Shown here: in pieces, positions 27,201 through 35,964 of the stretch
Numbering within the stretch: position 1 is the stretch's first letter
Layout: every line of letters starts with the position of its first letter
Source of the DNA: Candidatus Multivoradales bacterium
Lineage (GTDB): Bacteria > Acidobacteriota > Thermoanaerobaculia > Multivoradales > JAHEKO01
Length of the DNA stretch: 64,000 nucleotides
Assembly (NCBI GenBank): GCA_965223855.1
Contig: CBDCXM010000009.1
Span: 2,976,001-3,040,000, forward strand
Direction: 5' to 3'
Position numbers and translations under genes: made by a program
Notes under the pieces: generated by a model
What the model saw: the letters and a program-made list of their open reading frames with translations, nothing else
Told to the model about the DNA's origin: nothing
Database searches by the model: none

Positions 27201-28088
27201 CTAGGAGCCGTGGTTGCCCGTGCCGTCCAGGATGTAGGCGCGAGGATTCTCCGGCTGGCCGTCCACCCGTACCTCGTAGTGGAGGTGGTACCCGGTCGAC
27301 CGTCCGGTGTTGCCGATCAGGCCGATCGTGTCGCGTTGCCGGACACGATCGCCGGGCTTGACGTCGATCCTCGAAAGATGTCCGTAGCGGGTGGTGATGC
27401 CGTAGCCGTGAGCGATGTAGACCGCGTTCCCGAGCCCGCCGATCCGCTCGGCGCGCACGACGACTCCGTCGGCCGTAGCCTGCACGGCACGACCCGGGGT
27501 CGCAGCGATGTCGATCGCCCAGTGTGCCGCCCGGCGTCCGGTGATCGGGTCCTTGCGGTAGCCGTAGCCGCTGGTGAGGATTCCCTTGACCGGCGAGATC
27601 GAGGGAGTCGACGAGATGAGCTGTTGCCGCTCGTCGAGACTCGCTGAGACGGCCGCCAGAGCGTCGTTCAGCGACTCGGCGCGAACGTCGAGGTTGCCGA
27701 GGGCCAGCTCGGAATCGATCGGCGCCGGCGTCGAGAGACCGCCGACACCCGCCTCACGGGACTCGCTGAACGTCTCGTCGAGGCCGGCGACGATGGCGAG
27801 CTGCCGTGTCTGCTCCTCGAACTCGGCGAGCTGCTGCTGAAGAGTGGAGATGCTCTGCTCGAACGATCGATTGATCTCGCGCAGATTCTCGTTCTCGGTC
27901 GTCACGCTCTCGAGCTCGTGACGGTCGATCGTGCTCGTGAAGAACGACCAGGTCGTGAAGAGTGAAGCCGCGATCAGAAACGTGGCGACTCCAGCCGCTA
28001 CGAGCAGTTGGCGGTTCGTGATCCGCCACTTGCGAAAGCGTGCCCGTGCGTGGGGCACAAAGATCACCGTGTGGTACTTCAATCCCAT
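27201..28088 (-). CDS. M23 family murein endopeptidase with N-terminal TM and coiled coil
   Basis: ATG 28088; TM segment, coiled coil, TPSISPV, HWAID (HxxxD), YGHL, HLHYEV. Confidence 0.9.
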   Translation of the reverse strand: MGLKYHTVIFVPHARARFRKWRITNRQLLVAAGVATFLIAASLFTTWSFFTSTIDRHELESVTTENENLREINRSFEQSISTLQQQLAEFEEQTRQLAIVAGLDETFSESREAGVGGLSTPAPIDSELALGNLDVRAESLNDALAAVSASLDERQQLISSTPSISPVKGILTSGYGYRKDPITGRRAAHWAIDIAATPGRAVQATADGVVVRAERIGGLGNAVYIAHGYGITTRYGHLSRIDVKPGDRVRQRDTIGLIGNTGRSTGYHLHYEVRVDGQPENPRAYILDGTGNHGS

Positions 28089-28151
28089 CCTCAAATTGTG
28101 TTTGGGGTGGGCGTCCCTCAATGCCGCTCGCCCGGCTCCCGGAGTGGCGCT

Positions 28152-28179
28152 ATTTTACTGAGCGCCCAAAGGTTGTCAA
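28152..28179 (-). promoter_or_regulatory. sigma70 promoter for the M23 gene
   Basis: Minus strand TTGACA (28179-28174), 16-nt spacer, TAAAAT (28157-28152). Confidence 0.75.
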
Positions 28180-28261
28180 GCGTCCCGCACACGCCGCCGT
28201 CTCAGTGTTCTTCTAACAGGTCGGTGGCTCGGAAGCCGAGGTTTTCCACAGGCAGGCTTGC

Positions 28262-29074
28262 TCAGTCGAAGACACCGAAGACGGCCCCCGCCAGCGCCCC
28301 CAGAACCGCGCACAACCACTGGACCCACCTCCGAGTGGGCCGCAGCGACTCGTCCTGCACCAGGTCGAAGGCGCCGACGTAGATGAACGTCCCCGATGCG
28401 AGCGCCAGCGCGCCGGCTTCGATCCACGACGCTTCCGGTGCACCCCCGCCGACGACCATACCGACGCCGATGCCCAGCGGAGTCATCGAGGCGAACAGTG
28501 CCGCCAGCCGGCCGCGCCACTGCCCGAGTTCCTCGGCAGAAGCCAGAGCCAGCCCCAGCGCCATGCCGGCGGTCGCCTTGTGAACCGAGATCGCGAGCAG
28601 GCCGAGCCCGGCCGTGACTCCGCCGGTGGCGACGCCGAGCCCCAGACCGGCGAGAACCGAGTGGAGCGACAGCGCCAGCGAGAGGACGATCGGTCGGCTC
28701 GTTGCCGACCCGCCGTGCCCGTGGGCATGAGCCTGCCCCTCACCGGAGTGGGCGTGGGCGGCGTGATGGGCGGCATCGGGCAGCAGGACATGCTCGAGCA
28801 GGAGCATCCCTAGAAAGGCGGCGAGCGCCAGGCTCGAGGCCCAGGGATAGCCGTCCTCACGAGCGAGGAGCGAGGCGCTCTCCGGGAGCAGATGGACCAA
28901 TCCGAGGGCGAGAAAGAGCCCGGCGGAGAAGGCGTTCCCGGCACCGATCCAGGCACTTCCTCGCCGATCGGTGGCGGCTCCATGCCGGACCCATCGCAAC
29001 GGCAGGGCGACCCCGATCCAGCCGACCAGCCCGGTCACGACGATGAGGAGCCACCGGGGATCGAGCGACGTCAT
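28262..29074 (-). CDS. ZIP family zinc/metal transporter
   Basis: ATG 29074; HLLPE, His-rich loop HHAAHAH..HAHGHG, LHSVLAG, VHK, MTPLG, SGTFIY. Confidence 0.88.
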   Translation of the reverse strand: MTSLDPRWLLIVVTGLVGWIGVALPLRWVRHGAATDRRGSAWIGAGNAFSAGLFLALGLVHLLPESASLLAREDGYPWASSLALAAFLGMLLLEHVLLPDAAHHAAHAHSGEGQAHAHGHGGSATSRPIVLSLALSLHSVLAGLGLGVATGGVTAGLGLLAISVHKATAGMALGLALASAEELGQWRGRLAALFASMTPLGIGVGMVVGGGAPEASWIEAGALALASGTFIYVGAFDLVQDESLRPTRRWVQWLCAVLGALAGAVFGVFD

Positions 29075-29093
29075 GCAACCGTTCCCATCGCAC

Positions 29094-30386
29094 TCACAGC
29101 CCGAGCACCCCCACCTGACCGTGGTAGAAGATTCCGGCGATCGCACCCGTCATGAGGGTCGCCAGGGTTGCCGCAGCGAGAGCCCGCAGGGCGAGTGCGG
29201 ACAGCGCCTCGAGACGGCTCGGCGCCAGCGCGGCAAAGCCGCCGACGGCGATCGCCATGCCGCCGACGTGGGCGAAGCCGCACAATGCGTACGAGAGCAC
29301 CAGCACGGTTCGCTCCGAGAGCGCTCCTGTTGCCGCGGCGGCGCCCAGTTCCTGATAGCTCACGACCTCGGTCAGGACCAGTCTCTGCCCCAGGAGCCGT
29401 GACGCGGTCCCCAGGTCCGCCGGATCGATCCCCAGAAGCCAGGCGAAGGGCGTGAAGGCGAAGCCGAGCAGCTGCGCGATCCCGATCGGGGACTCGGCCC
29501 CCAGCAGCTCGGCTGCTCTCCCCACCAGAAGGTCCGCTACACCGACCACTCCGAGGACCGCGATCAGGATGGCGGAGATCGCGGCCGCCACCTTGACGCC
29601 GTCGAGGGCTCCAGCGGCGAGAGCCCCCATCGAGCTCTCGTGGCGGTCTCCCTCGGCGAGAGGGGGGACAGCGCCCAGGGTCTCGGGTGTCGTCGTCTCC
29701 GGGAGCATCAGCTTCGCTACCAGAACGGTGCAGGGGATCGAGAGCAGGGAGGCGCTCAGAAGGTGGCCGGCGATCTGCGGAAAGGCGTCGCGCAGAAACA
29801 GGACGTAGATCGCCAGGGTCGTCGAGGCGACCGTCGCCAGATTGGCTGTCATCACGGTCAGCAGTTCCGAGCGAGTCATCGACTTCAGATAGGGACGGAT
29901 CGCGGCCGCCGTCTCGACTCCGAAGAACATGTGGAGCGACCCGGCAAGCGCTTCGGCCCCGGAGAGGGCGAGCGTGCGGTGGAACAGACGTCCGAACGCC
30001 TTCACGACCGGCTGGATCCAGCCGAGGTGGTAGAGGAGGGCCATCAGGGAGGCGAAGAAGATCACGGCCGGAAGGACCTGCGCCGCGAGCACGAAGCCGA
30101 TCGAAGGTTCCCCCGCAGGAGTCGTCTCTCCCGGGCTCAAGGCCAGGGGGCCGAAGAGGAACACCGCTCCGCGCGTGCTCTCCGACAGCAGGGCGAGAAT
30201 CGCGTCGTTGGCGACGAGCAGAACACGGCGGGAAGGAGGTACGACGAAGACCAGTGCTCCGAGGCCGAACACGAGCGCTGCGCATCCGGCGATCGTGCGC
30301 CAGGGAAGCGGACGTCGACACCCTCCCAGTGCCCAGGCGAGGCCGGCAAAGGCGAGCCAGCCTGCAAGCGAGACGAGGTTCAGCAT
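29094..30386 (-). CDS. Concentrative nucleoside transporter (NupC/CNT family)
   Basis: FLFG, QVLPAVIFF, MTRSEL, LVLTEVVSY, YALCGFAH. Confidence 0.9.
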   Translation of the reverse strand: MLNLVSLAGWLAFAGLAWALGGCRRPLPWRTIAGCAALVFGLGALVFVVPPSRRVLLVANDAILALLSESTRGAVFLFGPLALSPGETTPAGEPSIGFVLAAQVLPAVIFFASLMALLYHLGWIQPVVKAFGRLFHRTLALSGAEALAGSLHMFFGVETAAAIRPYLKSMTRSELLTVMTANLATVASTTLAIYVLFLRDAFPQIAGHLLSASLLSIPCTVLVAKLMLPETTTPETLGAVPPLAEGDRHESSMGALAAGALDGVKVAAAISAILIAVLGVVGVADLLVGRAAELLGAESPIGIAQLLGFAFTPFAWLLGIDPADLGTASRLLGQRLVLTEVVSYQELGAAAATGALSERTVLVLSYALCGFAHVGGMAIAVGGFAALAPSRLEALSALALRALAAATLATLMTGAIAGIFYHGQVGVLGL

Positions 30387-30413
30387 TGCGGCGCCGCTCG
30401 TCGGACGACCGCT

Positions 30414-31280
30414 TCAGTCGGCGTAAGCGGCATTGAGAACCTCCGCCAGCCGGACGCCGGCCTGAAAGAGGCGCTGCTTCACCGTCCCGATGTGGTCGTA
30501 GGAGTAGCGGTAGCCGAGCTCGGGCAGGTGGCTCTCACGGTCGGTCCTGTTCCAGATCTCATAAACGTCCGACCGCAGCGCACGCGATTCCAGCGCCCAC
30601 TCGACCGGACGGGCACCCGACCACTCGCCGCCTCTGCTTTCGAACTCCTGCTCGATGAACTGCGTGAACTCGGTGAAGCTCAGGCTCTCCCGATCGATCA
30701 GACCGGAGTCCCACAGCGCGTGCAGTCGCATCGGTTCGTCGAACCACTCGACCATGATCGAGTTTCCGCCGCGATCGCCCCCACGGCCGACGTGGAGGGG
30801 CTGGTGGAGGTCGCCGATGATGTGAACGAGGAACGCCAGGGCCGTGGCATCGAGCGAATCGAACAGCAGATCGACTCCCGCCTCCTCGACGAGTTCGCCG
30901 AAGTGCGAGCGGACGGCGGCGTCGCCGGCGAGCAGACGCTCGAAGAACTCGATCGCCTCGACCGCGTTGTCCGGGGTCTCGCTCTCCGCGGCGCGCGTCA
31001 GCACCGCGCGCAGCTCGTTGTCGTCCTCGACGGTCACGTAGTGCCAGGTGTTCACGAAGCTCCATCTGCGGTCGGAGCGAATGAAGTCCGGCCAGGTCGA
31101 GACCTGAGCCAGCCGTGTCGACCCGGCGTAGGCGCCGATCGCGTCGCGCGCCTCGGGCGACAGCCGGCTCTGGGCGATCTCGCCGACGATCCGGTGCCCG
31201 TTGTCGCCCCAGGCGAGAAGTGCCGGCGGCAGAGAGATCAGCGCCAGCAGACTGAGAAGCAGAGCCCTCTTTGCGTTCAC
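30414..31280 (-). CDS. Secreted S1/P1 nuclease
   Basis: Signal peptide then WGDNGH, WPD, WHY, HIIGDLHQPLH, LHALWD zinc ligands; GGAGG SD. Confidence 0.93.
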   Translation of the reverse strand: MNAKRALLLSLLALISLPPALLAWGDNGHRIVGEIAQSRLSPEARDAIGAYAGSTRLAQVSTWPDFIRSDRRWSFVNTWHYVTVEDDNELRAVLTRAAESETPDNAVEAIEFFERLLAGDAAVRSHFGELVEEAGVDLLFDSLDATALAFLVHIIGDLHQPLHVGRGGDRGGNSIMVEWFDEPMRLHALWDSGLIDRESLSFTEFTQFIEQEFESRGGEWSGARPVEWALESRALRSDVYEIWNRTDRESHLPELGYRYSYDHIGTVKQRLFQAGVRLAEVLNAAYAD

Positions 31281-31358
31281 GTTTCCTCCGATCGGCGGCA
31301 GGGTAGCAGAGGTGCGAACCGGAGGGAGCAGGGCAGCGGGTCGCCTGTCGAGTGAGAC

Positions 31359-34301
31359 TCAGCCGACCGCTTCCGCCCCCGGCTTGACGATCCATCCTTC
31401 GCCCTCGCGGCCGCGAAGGACCGTCGTCAGCGGCTCCTCGAGAGAGACGTGCCGTACGAACGCGGTTTCCGCCTCGGCGTCACGACCGTCGAGCCAGTCG
31501 AGGTCGAGGAAGTCTCCGCTCTGCGCCTTGCCGACGCTTCCGGGCGGCATGGTGAAGTAGCCGATCCGCAGCGAGGTGATGTTCTGGAAGAAGTGCGTCC
31601 CCTGCGAGGGCTCGACCTGGTACTGCGCCGGCGAGGCCTCGACGATCGCCCGCACGCCGGCGATCTGCGACCACTGCACCGGGATGCCGAGCCACTCATC
31701 CGAGCTGCCCCAGCGCCCCGGGCCGATCAGCAGGAACGGGCGTCCGGCGGCGTGGAGCGAGCGGTTGAGTTTCCCGATCTCGCCGGCAATCGTGCGATTG
31801 CGGCTTGCCTCCCAGGTCTTCGGCTTGACGTAGATGACGTCTCGAATCGCCTTCTCGACACCGTGACCCAAAGCGTTGGAGCACCGGCACAGCAGATCCT
31901 CCTCTCTGAATTCGAGGGCAGGAGGGGAGGCGGTCGTCGGGCGCGCGGTCATCGGCCGTACCTGGAGCGCCACCAGCTCCGGGTTGCACCACACTCCGCC
32001 GGCCGGACTGGTCGCATGCACCGCAAACTCGATCTCGACATGACGACCGAGGCCGCGGCGAGCGAGCGCCATGAGCTGCGCCAGCGTCTCGACGAGAGGC
32101 AGCGACCGGTGTTTGAGGATGTTGTGAAAGGTCACGAGCCTTGGCCCCTGCCGGCTCAGGTCCTCGACGAGGCGCTCCTCGTCGGGCAGTGCGACGCTCC
32201 CGACCAGCTCGAGCACGCCGTCGTCCTCCGCGTCGCCGAGTTCGAAGCGCTGGACGGCGTCCATCGGATCGACCGTCCCGTCGCCCGAGAGGGCCACCCC
32301 GTAGAAGTGTCTCTGTGTGGACCTCAGGGCGACCCGGGGCGCCGCTGTCTGCGGCAGGACACCCGGATGCCGCGGACTGAAGCGCAGGGACAGCCCGCCG
32401 TCGACGATCATCCTGCCGAGCCCGAGCGCGAGGTGCACCACACCGTCCTCGGGGCGTTGGGGGCCGATCGGATAGAAGTTGCGGGTCAGCGCCACTCCCG
32501 AGACCGCAGGATAGAAGCGATCGCCGTGGCGCCCGCCGATCAGCTCCTGGATCATCACCGCCATCTTCTCGCGCTCGGTGGGCGCTCCGGTCGATTCGCG
32601 GTAGCTGCAGGCGTCCCGGTAGTAGGTCGACGCCCAGACTCGGCGTACCGCCTCGCTCAGCTCCTCGCGGCGCTGCTGCGGGGTGGAGCAGTTGGGGATC
32701 ATCAGCGTCGCGTAGACGCCGGCGAACGGCCGGTGAGCGGAGTCCTCCAGCAGGCTGGAGGAGCGCACCGCCAGTGGGCCATCGAACTGCTCGGCGATCG
32801 CATCGAGTGTCCGTTCGACTCCCGCCGGCATCGGCCGCTCGACGAACCGTCGGTCGATCGCGTTGTCGTCGTCGCAGGCGATCGCCCAGGCGACGAGATC
32901 GTCGTCGACGAAGGCGTCGAAGACCTCGGTGGTCAATGTCACGGTGCGGGGCACTCGAACCGGCAGCGGGCCGATCTGAGGGAGATCCTCGCGGTGCAGA
33001 CGCTGGTGGAGAAAGGCGAGCCCCCGTGCCTTGGCCCCGAGCGACCCCTCGCCGACCCGTGAGAACGGTCCCACGTCGGTCTCGCCGTCGGCGAACTCGG
33101 TGACGATGCCGCGTCGGTCGCGGTAGCGCGTCGCGCGCAGATTGTCGATCAGATGCCGGCGCAGCGCCTCGACGTCCGGGAAGTCCGAGATCTTCTTCGG
33201 ACGGAGTTGCTCTGCGAGCGCGAACTCGGAACGCGCCATGAGCCAGATCGAGAAGTGGTCGTGAGCGGCGTGAAACTCGATCGACTCCAGAGGCACCTCT
33301 TCCAGCCGCTCACTCAACTCCCGCACATCCGCAGCCCGGGCCACCTCGGTGCCGTCGGGAAGCCGGAAAACGAACGAGCCGAAGCCGAGCTGTTCCGCGA
33401 GGAACGACTTGACCGTCCGCACGATCTTGCGCGAACCCTTGTCGAAGAAGAGCACTCCGAGTTCCTCGGCTGCCGCGGCGTTCTCCGGTTCGGCCGAGTG
33501 GAGGAGCATCGGAAGGTCGGGAAGAGAGTCCTTGAGCCGTCGGGCGAAGTCGAGCCCGGCCCGCTCGTCCAGGCTCCCGTTTCTCGGAATGCCGATGTCA
33601 CCGATCAGGGCGACCAATCGATCTCGATAGCGATCGACGAGCTCGACCCCCTCCTCGTACGAGGTCGCCAGCAGGATCTTCGGCCGCGAACGGATGTACA
33701 CCCGCCGCTGCAGTTCGGTCAGCCCCTCGAAATAGAGAGACTTCGCCTGCGTCATGAGCTCCTCGTAGAGGAGTCCGAGGAAGGTCGAGTAGAAGCGTGG
33801 GGAGTCCTCGAGGACGAGGATCACCCGCACCCCGGCGGCGGTGTCCTGAGGCGTGTTGAGCCGGTCTTCCACCGACTTGATCAGGCCGAGGAGCACACTC
33901 GAGTCCCCGGTCCAGAGGAAGGACCGGTCGACCACCGTAGGGTCGAGCGATCGTTCGGCGTCCTCGAGCTCCCGCGGGTCGAGAGCGAGATAGACGATCG
34001 GCTTGCCCGGGTAGAGCTCCCTCACAGCTGCGGAAAACCGGTTGATGCTGTCGCCCACCAGGCTGCTCATCACGAGGATGAGATCGAAACGGGTCTGCTG
34101 CAGGCGCCTCAGCGCTTCGTGACTCGACGAAGCGTGGTGGAAACGCGGCGGAGCCGAAAGCTCGAGCGCCCTGAAGTCGTTGTAGACCTGGTCGCTGAGC
34201 CTCCCGTCCTCTTCCAGGATGAAGGCGTCGTAGGGCGACGAGACCAGCAGAATCTCGCGAACCCGATAGGGAATCAGGTCGTGAAAGCGAGTGACTTGCA
34301 C
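31359..34301 (-). CDS. Receiver-domain / PPDK_N (PEP synthase-like ATP-grasp) fusion protein, function unknown
   Basis: Two REC-like folds, a helical domain (FHAAHDHFSIWL), GAKARGL, AVRSSSLLED..FAGVY, MAVMIQ, GLG, IEFA, LQVRP, C-terminal GPGRWGS..SQGTHFF; no PEP-binding barrel motifs. Confidence 0.8.
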   Translation of the reverse strand: MQVTRFHDLIPYRVREILLVSSPYDAFILEEDGRLSDQVYNDFRALELSAPPRFHHASSSHEALRRLQQTRFDLILVMSSLVGDSINRFSAAVRELYPGKPIVYLALDPRELEDAERSLDPTVVDRSFLWTGDSSVLLGLIKSVEDRLNTPQDTAAGVRVILVLEDSPRFYSTFLGLLYEELMTQAKSLYFEGLTELQRRVYIRSRPKILLATSYEEGVELVDRYRDRLVALIGDIGIPRNGSLDERAGLDFARRLKDSLPDLPMLLHSAEPENAAAAEELGVLFFDKGSRKIVRTVKSFLAEQLGFGSFVFRLPDGTEVARAADVRELSERLEEVPLESIEFHAAHDHFSIWLMARSEFALAEQLRPKKISDFPDVEALRRHLIDNLRATRYRDRRGIVTEFADGETDVGPFSRVGEGSLGAKARGLAFLHQRLHREDLPQIGPLPVRVPRTVTLTTEVFDAFVDDDLVAWAIACDDDNAIDRRFVERPMPAGVERTLDAIAEQFDGPLAVRSSSLLEDSAHRPFAGVYATLMIPNCSTPQQRREELSEAVRRVWASTYYRDACSYRESTGAPTEREKMAVMIQELIGGRHGDRFYPAVSGVALTRNFYPIGPQRPEDGVVHLALGLGRMIVDGGLSLRFSPRHPGVLPQTAAPRVALRSTQRHFYGVALSGDGTVDPMDAVQRFELGDAEDDGVLELVGSVALPDEERLVEDLSRQGPRLVTFHNILKHRSLPLVETLAQLMALARRGLGRHVEIEFAVHATSPAGGVWCNPELVALQVRPMTARPTTASPPALEFREEDLLCRCSNALGHGVEKAIRDVIYVKPKTWEASRNRTIAGEIGKLNRSLHAAGRPFLLIGPGRWGSSDEWLGIPVQWSQIAGVRAIVEASPAQYQVEPSQGTHFFQNITSLRIGYFTMPPGSVGKAQSGDFLDLDWLDGRDAEAETAFVRHVSLEEPLTTVLRGREGEGWIVKPGAEAVG

Positions 34302-34375
34302 GGCCGTTCGATCCTAACGGGCGCGAGCCCGGCCTGTCGCAGGTGCCCGGGGCGTTGCCGGCTGCGGGCGGTTGC

Positions 34376-35719
34376 TTACACCAGCCCCTGGTCGAGCATC
34401 GCGTCGGCGACCTTGATGAAGCCGGCGACGTTGGCGCCCTTCACGTAGTCGACATGACCGTCGTCGATCCGGCCGTGCTCGGCGCACTGCTCGTGGATGC
34501 TCGACATGATCCCCCTCAGCCGTTCGTCGACCTCTTCGCGGGTCCATGCGAGCCGCATCGCGTTCTGGGTCATCTCGAGTCCGGACACCGCCACACCGCC
34601 GGCGTTCGACGCCTTGCCTGGAGCGAACGGGATCCGAGCCTCGTGGAACCGCTCGACCGCCTCCGGAGTACACGGCATGTTCGCCCCCTCGCCGACGGCG
34701 ATACAGCCGTTGCCGAGCAGGGTCTCGGCGGCAGCCCCGTCGAGCTCGTTCTGCGTGGCGCACGGCAGGGCGATGTCGACGGCCACCGACCAGGGCGCCT
34801 CGCCCTCGAGAAAGCGCGAGCCGCTGAACATGTCCGCGTACTCCCGGATCCGTCCGCGACGCTGGTTTTTGAGCTCGAGCACCCACTCGAACTTCTCTCG
34901 ATCGATCCCCTCCTCGTCGACGATGGTGCCGCCGGAGTCGGAGAGGGTGATCACCTTCCCGCCCAGCTCGAGGACCTTCTCGGTGGCGTACTGGGCCACG
35001 TTCCCAGATCCGGAGATCGCCACCCGCCTGCCCTCGAGGCTCTCGTCTCGTGTCGCGAGCATCTCCTGAACGAAGTAGACGAGTCCGTAGCCCGTCGCCT
35101 CCGGCCGGATCCTCGAGCCGCCCCAGCCGAGCCCCTTCCCGGTCAGCACCCCGGTGAACTCGTTTGCGAGCTTCTTGTACATGCCGAAGAGAAACCCGAG
35201 CTCTCGGCCGCCGACGCCGATGTCACCGGCGGGCACGTCGGTGTCGGGACCGATGTGGCGGTAGAGCTCGGCCATGAACGCCTGGCAGAAGCGCATCACC
35301 TCTCCGTCGCTCTTCGCCCGCGGGTTGAAGTCCGACCCCCCCTTGCCACCTCCCATCGGCAGGGTGGTGAGGCTGTTCTTGAAGACCTGCTCGAAGGCGA
35401 GGAACTTGAGAATGCTCAGGTTGACGCTCGGATGGAACCTCAGCCCCCCCTTGTAGGGGCCGATCGCGCTGTTCATCTCGATGCGGAAGCCCCGGTTGAC
35501 CTGGATCTCACCCTGATCATCGGCCCACGGAACCCTGAACATCACGACCCGCTCCGGCTCGACGATCCGGTCGAGGATTCTGTGGCTGCTGTAGCGGGGA
35601 GTGCGCTCGACGACCTGCCACACGGAGTCGACCACCTCCTCGACGGCCTGGAGAAACTCGGTCTCTCCGGTGTTGCGAGCGGCAACGCGGTTCAGGAAAT
35701 CGCTCTTGGACGACGACAT
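34376..35719 (-). CDS. gdhA: Glutamate dehydrogenase (NADP-type GdhA family)
   Basis: GPYKGGLRF, GGGKGGSDF, DVPAGDIG, RPEATGYG, SGSGNVA, PCATQNE; AAGGAG SD. Confidence 0.97.
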   Translation of the reverse strand: MSSSKSDFLNRVAARNTGETEFLQAVEEVVDSVWQVVERTPRYSSHRILDRIVEPERVVMFRVPWADDQGEIQVNRGFRIEMNSAIGPYKGGLRFHPSVNLSILKFLAFEQVFKNSLTTLPMGGGKGGSDFNPRAKSDGEVMRFCQAFMAELYRHIGPDTDVPAGDIGVGGRELGFLFGMYKKLANEFTGVLTGKGLGWGGSRIRPEATGYGLVYFVQEMLATRDESLEGRRVAISGSGNVAQYATEKVLELGGKVITLSDSGGTIVDEEGIDREKFEWVLELKNQRRGRIREYADMFSGSRFLEGEAPWSVAVDIALPCATQNELDGAAAETLLGNGCIAVGEGANMPCTPEAVERFHEARIPFAPGKASNAGGVAVSGLEMTQNAMRLAWTREEVDERLRGIMSSIHEQCAEHGRIDDGHVDYVKGANVAGFIKVADAMLDQGLV

Positions 35720-35964
35720 CTCGGGCTCCTTGGGGGATCTGTTGAAGGTCGGAAGGGGTCAGCTCGTGCTTCCGGCACGCGAATGGTGGGCCACCCGGTT
35801 GCCGGATTGCAACCCCTCCCCGGGGGATCTCCAGAGCTCGCGCCGGCCGATCACGCAGGCCTGTGACGCAGGCCTGGGCCTGGAACCAGGGAAGGACCCT
35901 CGAGGCGAGCCGCTCGAGCGTCCGCTCAGCGCCCGGGCGCACTGGACCGGTTCACGGGACTGGC

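Noticed and set aside
34343-35866. 507-aa plus-strand ORF antisense to gdhA
   Set aside because: Codon-bias mirror of a well-expressed gene; no independent coding evidence
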